NCBI GenBank assembly: GCA_013426185.1
Contig: CP058602.1
Location: forward strand, 335,123-399,122
Length of the DNA: 64,000 nt
Origin: Candidatus Woesebacteria bacterium
GTDB taxonomy: Bacteria; Patescibacteriota; Microgenomatia; UBA8517
Direction: 5' to 3'
In this document: in pieces, positions 56,440-64,000 of the stretch
How the letters are laid out: the number at the start of each line of letters is the position of its first letter
Position numbering within the stretch: the first letter of the stretch is position 1
Translations under genes and position numbers: made by a program
Notes under the pieces: generated by a model
The model's input: the letters and a program-made list of their open reading frames with translations, nothing else
Database searches by the model: none
What the model was told of the DNA's origin: nothing

Positions 56440-56910
56440 AAAGAAAGAGAGCGCCTTACCCATCTAGGGAAACACTCGCCTCTTGCGAGTTGTTTTCTGT
56501 TTTACAGATCGGCGCTCTTGCGTAACCTATTCAGTTTTGTCAGTTTGCCCCCTCAGAAGCTGCATCAGACCAAGCCTGGTCTACTTCAGCTCTGCTCGAA
56601 CCAGTGTCCCTGGCGGCATCATCTTTCGAATAGCCATCCCTTACCGCACCGGCGTAGTTATCCCAAACGCTCCCGCTGATATCCCTGTCTTTATCTTTAT
56701 CCCTGTCTTTATCTTTATTCCTATCACCAGGCCCATAAGTATTCATCTCACACCTCGCTTCTTGCTTGAATATGTTTGTCTGGTAACCAACTTGAGCTTT
56801 CCAAGCTCCAAACCGAAAGATTTACACCTCCAAAACCGAATTTTAAAATGTGCTCGGATTTCCCTTCGCCCTCGAAGTGAATCCTGATTTCCCTTTTACC
56901 AAAAAAAGGC
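56440..56910 (-). ncRNA. rnpB: Candidate structured ncRNA in GC-rich island; best guess RNase P RNA (rnpB, type A-like)
   Basis: GC about 48% vs about 33% background. Minus strand has, in RNase P order: GGGAAAUCCGAGCAC (cf. CR-I GGAAAGUCCGGGCUC) after a CUUCG-AGGG-CGAAG hairpin; a GAGCUU-GGAA-AGCUC GNRA hairpin; ACCAGACAAACA (cf. ACCAGUGCAACAGAG); a long hairpin GGGCCUGGUGAUAGG...UAUCAGCGGGAGC with an AU-rich loop (P12-like); an exact GGUGCGGUAAG 11-mer (cf. conserved GGUGCGGUAAGAGC); and ACAGAAAAC near the 3' end (cf. ACAGAANCCGGCUUA). A convincing P4 3' strand was not found. Confidence 0.35.
56540..56746 (-). CDS. Alternative reading of the same island: 68-aa hydrophilic protein with KD/RD repeat
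   Basis: ATG with GAGGTG SD 4 nt upstream. MNTYGPGDRNKDKDRDKDKDRD... arises from an 18-bp tandem repeat (56681..56725). Likely spurious if the region is an RNA gene. Confidence 0.2.
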   Translation of the reverse strand: MNTYGPGDRNKDKDRDKDKDRDISGSVWDNYAGAVRDGYSKDDAARDTGSSRAEVDQAWSDAASEGAN

Positions 56911-57099
56911 GCGAAAGTCAAGGGTATGTACGCGCTCGATACATTTTCGACATTCCTCCTTTCTTGATAAGATAATCCACTGGTGTATTATGGTTTAGAG
57001 ACTCGTAGACCTCTTCTGTAGAATATCAAATTTCAAATTTGCCTCCGCAACACCGAGTGTTACCTATGTTCAAACAATGGGTTATGACTGCTTGTCGGA

Positions 57100-57426
57100 T
57101 ACTAGCTGTCACTAAAACAGACATCAAGTATCACGAATCAAGAATCAAGTATTAAGGATAGTTAAAAGTTCAAAATTAACTTGGAATTTGTAATTTTAAC
57201 TGTTGTAATCCGTGATAAGGACGGACCTTGTCACCCCCCTTTAAAGGACAGTCCTTTAAAGGGTCCAACTCTAAACTCAGTATTTATTATCTTGTATTAT
57301 GTATTATGCAGGGAATACAAGTAGAAAGTAGAAGGTAGTAAGTAGAAAGCAAAATTCTTAAATCCTAAATCATAAATCAAGATTCTATAATCAAGGTTTT
57401 GACTTTTAAGTTTTAAGTTTCTAATG
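57100..57426. repeat. Mosaic intergenic repeat region (M1 reverse copy, P2 hairpin copy 2, palindrome cctttaaagga-cag-tcctttaaagg, M3 reverse copy, M4 reverse copy)
   Basis: 57123..57175 nearly identical to 54930..54985. gtgataaggacggaccttgtcac at 57212..57234. gtagaaagtagaaggtagtaagtagaaagc at about 57322..57352. gttttgacttttaagttttaagttt at about 57393..57417. Confidence 0.6.
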
Positions 57427-58596
57427 CTATTTGAAGCTTACCAACCTCAAGCTGGTAATATCTGAGACCTTGTATTTTTCGCTTAACTTGCGATTTCCGC
57501 CATCAGGCATAAATGGATCATGCATTATGTAATCGCTGCCCTCCTTCTTTAAAATAACTATAAAATGGTCAGGGCCTGAATAAAGGCCGGCAATCACAGG
57601 ACCGCTTGAAAGCAGGCTATCAAGTTGTGAAGCAGAGGCTGTACTAATTGAAAAAGGCATCCCCTCTGCTGAATGATAAATATAGCCTGTCCCGGGAACA
57701 AAATAATTAGGATTAATAGCAATATCACCAGGCGTCAACTTTTTACCATAATGAGTTGAAATCATTGCTATTGAAGAAATAAGACAGCCATATTCAGCAA
57801 CGGAATATGAAGAACCACCAATACCAATTGTTCCCCACTGACTGTCGCGCTGATTATAATAACAACCCCAAGAATCACATTTTGTCTGGTTTGACAAAAT
57901 TGTCGCTCCACCCTGGCTTGTAACGAAGCGCCTTAAAGCTGCAAGCTGGCTTTTTGCTTGAGCCAAAAGCCTCTGATAATATCTTTCGTCGTTTTTAGTT
58001 ACTGCAAGCAAGTTTGCTTTGGCCGCTTTCTGAGCATCAAGATTGGCTTTCTGCTTCTCAAGCTGTTTTTGCAAATCCTCTTTATCACTCTTTTGGCCTT
58101 GATAAGTCGTTTGCGTTGACTGAAGCTTGACCAATAAATCCTGATCATAGCGCTGAATTAATTTAAGATAGTGAAAACGCGAAACCGCAGTTGAAAGATT
58201 GGGAGACGAGATCAAAAAAAGAAGCGGGTCTCCAAGCTTCACCATCTTATAAGTTTCAGCAGCACGAGATGAAAAAGCACGACTCAAAGCATCAAGAGAA
58301 GTCTCAAGCTGATCAATTCTTCCTTCAAGAAGTTCAATTTCCCTTTGAGTCTCTTCAATCTGAAGACTGGCAAGTTTAATCTGGGCATCATACTGAGCAA
58401 TTTGGTTACTTAAAGTAGCAGACTGTGAGCGAAGGCGGCCAAGCTCTTCTTCATACTGTTTTATCTGATCTTGAAGCTCTTTCAGTTTTTGGTCTTGGGT
58501 ATTTTCTTGAGCCTTGACTTGAAATATAAAAGCAAAAACAACAAGAAAAGAAAAAGCCACAAAGATTAAAGAAAATCTTTTTAGGAAAGAGTGCAT
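57427..58596 (-). CDS. Coiled-coil peptidoglycan hydrolase (PcsB/EnvC-like architecture: N-terminal coiled coil + C-terminal cysteine peptidase C39-like/CHAP-like domain)
   Basis: Signal peptide, about 200 aa of heptad-rich coiled coil. C-terminal CDSWGCYYNQRDSQW...EYGCLISSIAMISTHYG...GPDHFIVIL (Gln/Cys/His papain-like triad order). Immediately downstream of ftsE-ftsX. Confidence 0.65.
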   Translation of the reverse strand: MHSFLKRFSLIFVAFSFLVVFAFIFQVKAQENTQDQKLKELQDQIKQYEEELGRLRSQSATLSNQIAQYDAQIKLASLQIEETQREIELLEGRIDQLETSLDALSRAFSSRAAETYKMVKLGDPLLFLISSPNLSTAVSRFHYLKLIQRYDQDLLVKLQSTQTTYQGQKSDKEDLQKQLEKQKANLDAQKAAKANLLAVTKNDERYYQRLLAQAKSQLAALRRFVTSQGGATILSNQTKCDSWGCYYNQRDSQWGTIGIGGSSYSVAEYGCLISSIAMISTHYGKKLTPGDIAINPNYFVPGTGYIYHSAEGMPFSISTASASQLDSLLSSGPVIAGLYSGPDHFIVILKKEGSDYIMHDPFMPDGGNRKLSEKYKVSDITSLRLVSFK

Positions 58597-58605
58597 TTTA
58601 GAATA

Positions 58606-59523
58606 CTAAACTTTTTTCTTTGACAGACGCGATATGGCAAGGAAGCTGCCTACAAATGCCAGGACTAAGCCAAGAAACCACTCAACCACCAAAACCAAAG
58701 CTGACATCTTAAAAAGAACAAAAGTATCTTTAGGCAAAATCTCTATCTCCCCAAAATAAGAAATTAAAGAAGGCGCAAAATATAAAACCAAAACAAAAGC
58801 CAAAAGCCAGCCAATAAAAACACCCACTAAAACATAAATAAATGCTTCCAAAATAACAGGGCTTGCAACAAAAAACGGAGTTGCGCCTATCAAATTTAAA
58901 ATATCAACCTCCTGTTTTCGCGACATCAAACGCATACTGATAACAACCAAAAGAACAAGAAGCGAAGTTGTCGCCAAAACCACAGTAAAGATTCCGCCTC
59001 CAAGCCTTAAGTAGTTAACAATAGATTTAAGTCTATTAATAGTATTATTTAATGTCGCCTCGCCCCCAAGATTAGCAGTAAAACCAACCTGATCCACCAA
59101 TTTATTTTGTTTCAACTCGCTTACTAATTCCTGGGCATAATCAAGTTTGACCAAAGAAAGCTCAAGACTTGCAGGAAAAGCTGTTGGGCTTACAAGTTCT
59201 GCCAAAAGGGGTGTTTCTGAAGTCGCATCTTTATAAATTTTAAGCGCGTCCTCTTTTGAGACATAACGTACTTCTTTAATCCGCGAATCAGAAGATAATT
59301 TCTGCTGAAGGTTATAGATATCACCAGGAGAAGCATCAGTTTTAAGAAAAGCAATCACCTGAGGCCTGGTTTCAAAATAATGCAGAATTTGCCCTGAAGA
59401 ATAAAGGAGAGCAGATAATATACTAACAACAAAAAAGGTAATAGCAAGAACAAAAACAGCGGCAAAAGCCTGAAAAGGAGAGCGAATTATATTTCTAATG
59501 GCTGTTTTAAAGTGAATTCCCAT
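58606..59523 (-). CDS. ftsX: Cell division permease FtsX
   Basis: 305 aa. N-terminal TM, periplasmic domain, 3 C-terminal TM. Typical FtsX layout and conserved N-terminal region (IRNIIRSPFQAFAAVFVL). Confidence 0.85.
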   Translation of the reverse strand: MGIHFKTAIRNIIRSPFQAFAAVFVLAITFFVVSILSALLYSSGQILHYFETRPQVIAFLKTDASPGDIYNLQQKLSSDSRIKEVRYVSKEDALKIYKDATSETPLLAELVSPTAFPASLELSLVKLDYAQELVSELKQNKLVDQVGFTANLGGEATLNNTINRLKSIVNYLRLGGGIFTVVLATTSLLVLLVVISMRLMSRKQEVDILNLIGATPFFVASPVILEAFIYVLVGVFIGWLLAFVLVLYFAPSLISYFGEIEILPKDTFVLFKMSALVLVVEWFLGLVLAFVGSFLAISRLSKKKV

Positions 59524-59525
59524 AC

Positions 59526-60185
59526 TTATGAAAGGCTAATAACTTTAGTTTTAATTTTACTTCCTTTTTCAACTTTAGTATATTTCTCAACCAAATTTAA
59601 ATGATGAGTTGCCATTATGACCAGCTTCCCTGATTCTGCAACCTTTTTAAACACCCCCATAATCCCTTCCGAAGTTTCCCAATCAAGGTTGCCTGTTGGC
59701 TCATCAGCCAAAAGCATTTCAGGGTTAACAACCAAGGCTCGCGCCAAAGACACTCTTTGAAGTTCTCCTCCTGAAAGCTGAAGTGGAAAAAGTTCGCTCC
59801 TTTTTTCAAGCCCTACCATCTTTAAGACGTCGTCAACACGACTGTCCCACTCAGATGAAGGAACGCCAACAATAGCAAGAGCAATTTCAACATTTTCTCT
59901 TACCGTCTTTTCCATCAAAACTTTAAAATCCTGAAAAACAACACCAACTTTTTGCCGATATGAAGATATCTGGCTGCCCTTAAAAGAAAAGATATCCTCA
60001 CCCTTAAATAAAATCCTACCTGTGTCAGGAATTATTTCTCTTAAGATTAATTTAAGAAGAGTGGTTTTGCCAGACCCAGAGCGGCCGGTGATAAAGACCA
60101 ACTCACCGGAACTGGCTTCGAAAGAAACTTTATTCAAGGCGACTATATCGCCATAAGTTTTGCTAACATCAATTACCTCAAGCAT
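59526..60185 (-). CDS. ftsE: Cell division ATP-binding protein FtsE
   Basis: Walker A GRSGSGKTT, signature LSGGELQRVSLARAL, Walker B LLADEPTGNLD. Confidence 0.9.
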   Translation of the reverse strand: MLEVIDVSKTYGDIVALNKVSFEASSGELVFITGRSGSGKTTLLKLILREIIPDTGRILFKGEDIFSFKGSQISSYRQKVGVVFQDFKVLMEKTVRENVEIALAIVGVPSSEWDSRVDDVLKMVGLEKRSELFPLQLSGGELQRVSLARALVVNPEMLLADEPTGNLDWETSEGIMGVFKKVAESGKLVIMATHHLNLVEKYTKVEKGSKIKTKVISLS

Positions 60186-60235
60186 TATCTTTCAGATTAC
60201 TAAATTTTTGAAGTCTTAACAAGAAGTAAAACTAA

Positions 60236-60260
60236 ATTGACAAGGTCCGTCCTTGTCAAT
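60236..60260 (-). terminator. P2-family palindromic element copy 3, here positioned as an intrinsic terminator
   Basis: attgacaagg-tccgt-ccttgtcaat (10-bp stem). On the minus strand it is followed by ttagttttacttcttg. Lies just 3' of the 60268..60756 gene. Confidence 0.55.
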
Positions 60261-60267
60261 CCTATAA

Positions 60268-60756
60268 TTAATCAAGCACTTTGACTTTACCCACATCCAT
60301 CAGCCAACCAGCCTTGGCGCCTTTAATAGTCTCGCCCCAAACCTGCACATTTTTACCCACAAAAGAATCAAGATCAATAACAGACGAGGTTAAGTAAACA
60401 TACTGGGAAGGCCCTCCATCCCGCTCCAAGTGGTGCGTCCCTTCTCCGTTAATGCCCCCCTCTTTCATAAGTCCTTGAGCCGTATCCCTGAAAGTTTTTT
60501 CATCAGAAATTCCGGCTTCTTTTTTAGTTTGAGTTACATTAGTTCCTGTAACTTTTTCTTGTGTTTTCCCATTTTGCGCTCCTGAAAGCAGCCACCCAGT
60601 CAAGACTCCAAACCCCACAACAACTACAGCAACAATCACCATTACCAAATTTTTAGAACCCGAGGTATTAAATTTGCCCACAAGAGGTTTTTTCTCAACT
60701 TCAGAAGTCGTATTTTCAATAGGCAGTTGATTATCTACCCTATTTTCCTCTTCCAT
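60268..60756 (-). CDS. Membrane-anchored hypothetical protein
   Basis: 162 aa, single N-terminal TM (LVMVIVAVVVVGFGVLTGWLL), soluble C-terminal domain. Confidence 0.5.
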   Translation of the reverse strand: MEEENRVDNQLPIENTTSEVEKKPLVGKFNTSGSKNLVMVIVAVVVVGFGVLTGWLLSGAQNGKTQEKVTGTNVTQTKKEAGISDEKTFRDTAQGLMKEGGINGEGTHHLERDGGPSQYVYLTSSVIDLDSFVGKNVQVWGETIKGAKAGWLMDVGKVKVLD

Positions 60757-60790
60757 AATAATGACACTTTAGCCTACCTAAAAATAAAAT

Positions 60791-61873
60791 TCAAGTAGCA
60801 AGAGACAATATTTCAGCTTCAATAAATTCATCTATTTCTCCATTTAAAACTGCCTCTGTATTTGAGGTTTCAACATCCGTCCTTAAATCCTTAACCATTT
60901 TATAAGGATGCAGAACATAACTTCTAATCTGATTACCCCATGAAGCAGGCCTATATTCACCCTTAATTTCCTTGACCTCTTTACTTTTTCTTTCCTCCTC
61001 AAGAGCCCAGACCTTGGCGCGCAAAAGCTCAAGAGCTATCTTCCTATTCTGCTCCTGGAATCTTTGAGTCTGACAAGAGACCACTATCCCTGTTGGGATG
61101 TGTTTGACACGAACTGCTGTTGAAACCTTTTGGACATTTTGCCCACCTTGGCTTGACGAGCGGAAAAACTGCCATTCAAGATCTTCATCTTTGAGGTTGA
61201 TATAAGACTCATCTACATCGCCAATCTCAGGCAAAACTCCAACCAAGGCAAAAGAAGTCTGACGCAGGCGGTCTGCATTAAAAGGAGATTGCCTCACCAA
61301 GCGATGCGTACCGCTTTCACCCTTTAAATAACCATAAGCATAAGACCCAACCACCTTGAAAGTAACACTTTTTATTCCAGCCTCTTCCCCCTCGGTCAAA
61401 TCCAAAGTCTCCACCTTGAAGTTCTTCCTTTCAGCATATCTTAAATACATCCTGTAAAGCATACTGGCCCAGTCCATTGCTTCTGTCCCACCTTGGCCTG
61501 CATGTATCGAAACAATGGCATTGCCACTATCATATTTTCCAGAAAGAAATGAGGCCAATTTCAGCTCTTTTAGTCTCTCCTCAAGAGAAGAGATATCTTT
61601 TTCAAAGATCTCATCATCTTTACTTTCTTTGACCAAATCAAGAAGAATCAAAACCTCATTCTCAAAAGACTCAAGTTTATCTATTAAATCACGAAGACTG
61701 CCAATTTTTTGCATTACTGACCTTGCTTTTTCCTGATCATTCCAAAAATCAGGGTCCAAAGACTGAGCTTCAAGCTCCTTAAGTTCTATTTTCTTCTTCT
61801 TGATATCAAGAGATTTTTTAATCTCCTCCAAAGAATCTTTTATAATCTCGGCTCTTTGCTTAATTTCAGGCAT
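60791..61873 (-). CDS. prfB: Peptide chain release factor 2
   Basis: SPF tripeptide (RQSPF) specific for RF2 and GGQ motif (SSSQGGQNVQKV). Uninterrupted 360-aa frame, so no +1 frameshift site. Confidence 0.9.
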   Translation of the reverse strand: MPEIKQRAEIIKDSLEEIKKSLDIKKKKIELKELEAQSLDPDFWNDQEKARSVMQKIGSLRDLIDKLESFENEVLILLDLVKESKDDEIFEKDISSLEERLKELKLASFLSGKYDSGNAIVSIHAGQGGTEAMDWASMLYRMYLRYAERKNFKVETLDLTEGEEAGIKSVTFKVVGSYAYGYLKGESGTHRLVRQSPFNADRLRQTSFALVGVLPEIGDVDESYINLKDEDLEWQFFRSSSQGGQNVQKVSTAVRVKHIPTGIVVSCQTQRFQEQNRKIALELLRAKVWALEEERKSKEVKEIKGEYRPASWGNQIRSYVLHPYKMVKDLRTDVETSNTEAVLNGEIDEFIEAEILSLAT

Positions 61874-61876
61874 AAT

Positions 61877-62347
61877 TTAGGGTTTACAAATTTCAGCTTT
61901 TACTTTTTCTTTATCGCTTTTACTTAGACTAAAAAAGAGCTTAATTAAAGTCTCGGAAGCTGATTCCTTCGCTTCTGAAGTCTTAATTTCTACGCTTTCA
62001 CCCAAAACTTGAGCTAATCTATTTCTTCCAATATCAAGAAATGTTGAAATGGGCTTTGGCGGATTTTTCCAACCTAAAAGCTCAGTAAACATAGTGCGAC
62101 CAGCAAGAATAAAAAATCCCTCTACAATCAAGGCTACAATAAACCCCCAAACAAAAATAGCAATCGAATTCTTGCCCAAGCTCCAGCTAACAAACATATG
62201 CCGCACTCGAGCCAAAGACAAAAGCAAAAGAAATATCAAAAAAAGTATCAAACCTGCCTGAAAATAAGAAGCACTAAAGTCAATTTTACCAATGCGATAG
62301 GTAAAATCATTCCTGTAAAAAAGCGAGCTTAAACCCGAAAAGTTCAT
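61877..62347 (-). CDS. Small polytopic membrane protein, hypothetical
   Basis: 156 aa, 3 hydrophobic helices, charged C-terminus. Confidence 0.45.
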   Translation of the reverse strand: MNFSGLSSLFYRNDFTYRIGKIDFSASYFQAGLILFLIFLLLLSLARVRHMFVSWSLGKNSIAIFVWGFIVALIVEGFFILAGRTMFTELLGWKNPPKPISTFLDIGRNRLAQVLGESVEIKTSEAKESASETLIKLFFSLSKSDKEKVKAEICKP

Positions 62348-62374
62348 AATCTCATATTATCACAAAATATAAGT

Positions 62375-63022
62375 TTAAAGAGAAGTGGTAGGAGTTGGAG
62401 AAGAGGTTGGTTTAGCAGTTGAAGTAGGTTTTGGTGTTGCTGAAACCTTGGGAGTCTGACCTGACCTTAAGCCAGTAATTATTTCTACATCATAGCTGGT
62501 CGACGAGCTTTTCTTTGTTTCTACTTTCTGATAGATTTTTTCTAACTCTTTTGTTATTTCACTTACCGCGCTAGACGAAAGGCTTGAAGAAAAAGTTACC
62601 TGAGTTGATTCATAATCTTGCTTTGCCGCATTACCAACTTTGACAGAAGTATAGCCAAGACTATTTAATCTATCCTGAAGATAAGCTGCCTCGCCTACTA
62701 TCCCCGTACCATTTAAGACTTGTATTGACACTGATTTTTTATCCACTACTTCAGCTGGAGTGGGCGTGGGAGTAGAAGTAGAAACACTCTCTTCTTCTAT
62801 AATCATAGGCGCTTCTGTTCTAGTAGGGCTCTCTGTTCTACTTTCCTGCTTATTTCTCAAGGAAAGAAAATAAAAAACTCCCCCTCCAACCAAGACCAAA
62901 GCAATTAAAAGTAAAATTAAACCAACTGTTTTCTTGTCCCTTTTTGAAGATGGCCGAGACATTTGTCCTGAACTCAAAGGAGAGGAAACTGGTTGTTGTT
63001 CTTCAAGCTGATTTGGACCCAT
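62375..63022 (-). CDS. LytR_C (LytR/CpsA/Psr C-terminal) domain protein with TM anchor and PT-rich linker
   Basis: VSIQVLNGTGIVGEAAYLQDRLNSLGYTSVKVGNA matches LytR_C-type domain. N-terminal TM; TSTPTPTP and KPTSTAKPTSSPTPTTS linkers. Confidence 0.6.
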   Translation of the reverse strand: MGPNQLEEQQPVSSPLSSGQMSRPSSKRDKKTVGLILLLIALVLVGGGVFYFLSLRNKQESRTESPTRTEAPMIIEEESVSTSTPTPTPAEVVDKKSVSIQVLNGTGIVGEAAYLQDRLNSLGYTSVKVGNAAKQDYESTQVTFSSSLSSSAVSEITKELEKIYQKVETKKSSSTSYDVEIITGLRSGQTPKVSATPKPTSTAKPTSSPTPTTSL

Positions 63023-63328
63023 GGTAAACGAAATATATAAAGAAAAAAGCGTTTTGTCAAATTTTGTCCCAAAGAATGCCTTACGAAATTATAAATTCGA
63101 AATCCTAAATTTTCTAAATTACAAATTACAAGCTCCAAATTACAAATTACAAATTCCAATATACAAACAATATACAAGTAATAAACAAATTACAAACAAA
63201 TTAGGAACACTGAACTTAGTATTATGAATTATGTATTATGCAGAAAAATACATTGTTCCCATAATACATAATACAAGATACTAGATACAATCTTGCAATA
63301 TGGTTCCAAACCCGGCTTGGAATTGTTG
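63023..63328. repeat. Mosaic intergenic repeat region with M5 module and REP hairpin copy 3
   Basis: attacaaattccaatatacaaacaatatacaagtaataaacaaattacaaaca (about 63140..63195) matches 21530..21590. Palindrome tattatgaattatgtattatgcag...cataatacataatacaag. REP ttccaaacccggcttggaa at 63304..63322. Confidence 0.6.
63304..63322 (+). repeat. REP-like hairpin P1 copy 3
   Basis: Identical 19-mer to 43543..43561. 20 kb from the RAYT gene. Confidence 0.7.
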
Positions 63329-63871
63329 TCATTCAACAGAAAGAAGCTCGACTTCAAAAATTAAAGTGGAATTGGGAGGAATATTACCCACAGCTTGGTT
63401 TCCATAGCCAAAACTTGGAGGAATAACAAGTTTTCTTTTTCCACCCACCTTCATTCCGACTAGTCCCTGATCCCAACCGGCAATTACCTGCCCTGAGCCC
63501 AAAACAAAAGAAAATGGCTGACCCCTGTCATAAGAGCTGTCAAATTTTGTTCCATCAACTAAAGTGCCAAGATAATTAACTGTTATCTTTTTACCACTCT
63601 GGGCCTCATCACCTGTCCCAGGTCTTAGATCTTCCACTTTTAGTTCTTTTACTTCTTCTGTCTGGCCCATTGTTTCAGCTTTTGGATTTTGATTATTTGC
63701 TTCTTTCTGGCCAAGATTAATCTTAAGCTCTGCTTGAGGCGTAGGAGTAGGAGAAACACTTGATGATTTACTATCAAAACCCACCAAGGCCGCAAATCCC
63801 GCCGCAAGCACTAAAAAAATAAAAAAGAGAACCCCAAAGTTGACTTTCAACTCATCCGGTTTTTCTTCCAC
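63329..63871 (-). CDS. FKBP-type peptidyl-prolyl cis-trans isomerase (membrane-anchored)
   Basis: C-terminal FKBP domain ([58 protein letters not shown]). Confidence 0.85.
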   Translation of the reverse strand: MEEKPDELKVNFGVLFFIFLVLAAGFAALVGFDSKSSSVSPTPTPQAELKINLGQKEANNQNPKAETMGQTEEVKELKVEDLRPGTGDEAQSGKKITVNYLGTLVDGTKFDSSYDRGQPFSFVLGSGQVIAGWDQGLVGMKVGGKRKLVIPPSFGYGNQAVGNIPPNSTLIFEVELLSVE

Positions 63872-64000
63872 ATCAAAATACTCTCACAAAAGAAAAAAAT
63901 CTGCAAGATGCGAGTATTATAGACCTAGCCTTTAAGACTAAAGATTCAAAGCGTAAACTGATAGATTGAGAATTGTTGCAAAGGAAACCCAAAAAATATA

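Noticed and set aside
56428-56887. Plus-strand ORFs (83 and 134 aa) across the GC-rich island
   Set aside because: They start with TTG or lack SD. They run antisense to the better-supported minus-strand features. Such ORFs are expected by chance in locally GC-rich DNA.
56918-56953. Mini-ORF MSKMYRARTYP with AGGAGG just upstream, followed by hairpin + T7, as a leader-peptide attenuator
   Set aside because: SD-to-ATG spacing for the first ATG is about 1 nt (10 nt to the second ATG). The stem is only 5 bp with a 20-nt loop. Kept only as a remark inside the finding for the island.
60791-61873. Programmed +1 frameshift in prfB
   Set aside because: Single uninterrupted frame from a plausible start. 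No early in-frame stop.

Overview
This is a 64 kb AT-rich (about 33% GC) bacterial fragment carrying about 55 protein genes, 2 tRNAs and several unusually long, repeat-filled intergenic regions. Most genes are on the minus strand and are tightly packed or overlapping. The gene content points to a small-genome monoderm lineage such as Patescibacteria/CPR; that assignment is inference only. The gene content is mostly cell-envelope biogenesis. (1) Two glycosylation islands (108..16097 and 30891..38392, plus 45687..47156) hold four GT2 polyprenol-phosphate sugar synthases like DPM1/GtrB, one of them fused to GtrA. They also hold about 10 polytopic membrane proteins carrying the acidic loop motif of GT-C transferases (ArnT/PMT-like), a Wzx-type flippase, two SAM methyltransferases, one TMTC-like GT-C with TPR repeats, and a compact rmlABCD operon (39529..42758). 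(2) An undecaprenyl-phosphate recycling trio (PAP2, DgkA, UppP) sits at 24686..26512. (3) A 1736-aa Cna-B/SdrD-repeat surface protein carries an internal LPAAG-type sorting signal and lies next to a sortase, a VanZ protein and a PEGA-domain surface protein. (4) A division module (ftsE, ftsX, coiled-coil PcsB-like hydrolase) lies next to prfB. Housekeeping genes present are serS, lysS, greA, lon, truB, trmD, an HD phosphohydrolase, a MacAB-like ABC efflux set, an FKBP isomerase and tRNA-Glu(CUC) and tRNA-Ala(CGC). The unexplained signals are: a GC-rich 0.5-0.7 kb island (about 56440..56910, minus strand) with several matches to conserved RNase P RNA regions in the correct order; a second GC-rich structured element (about 16140..16400); a REP-like hairpin family whose copies flank an IS200/RAYT-type Y1 transposase gene in inverted orientation, with a third copy 20 kb away; two more families of GC-rich palindromes; and a mosaic of AT-rich repeat modules that makes up most of the long intergenic regions, including those around both tRNAs. 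All coordinates come from the given ORF track and manual reading. RNA and repeat coordinates are good to about +/-2 nt.
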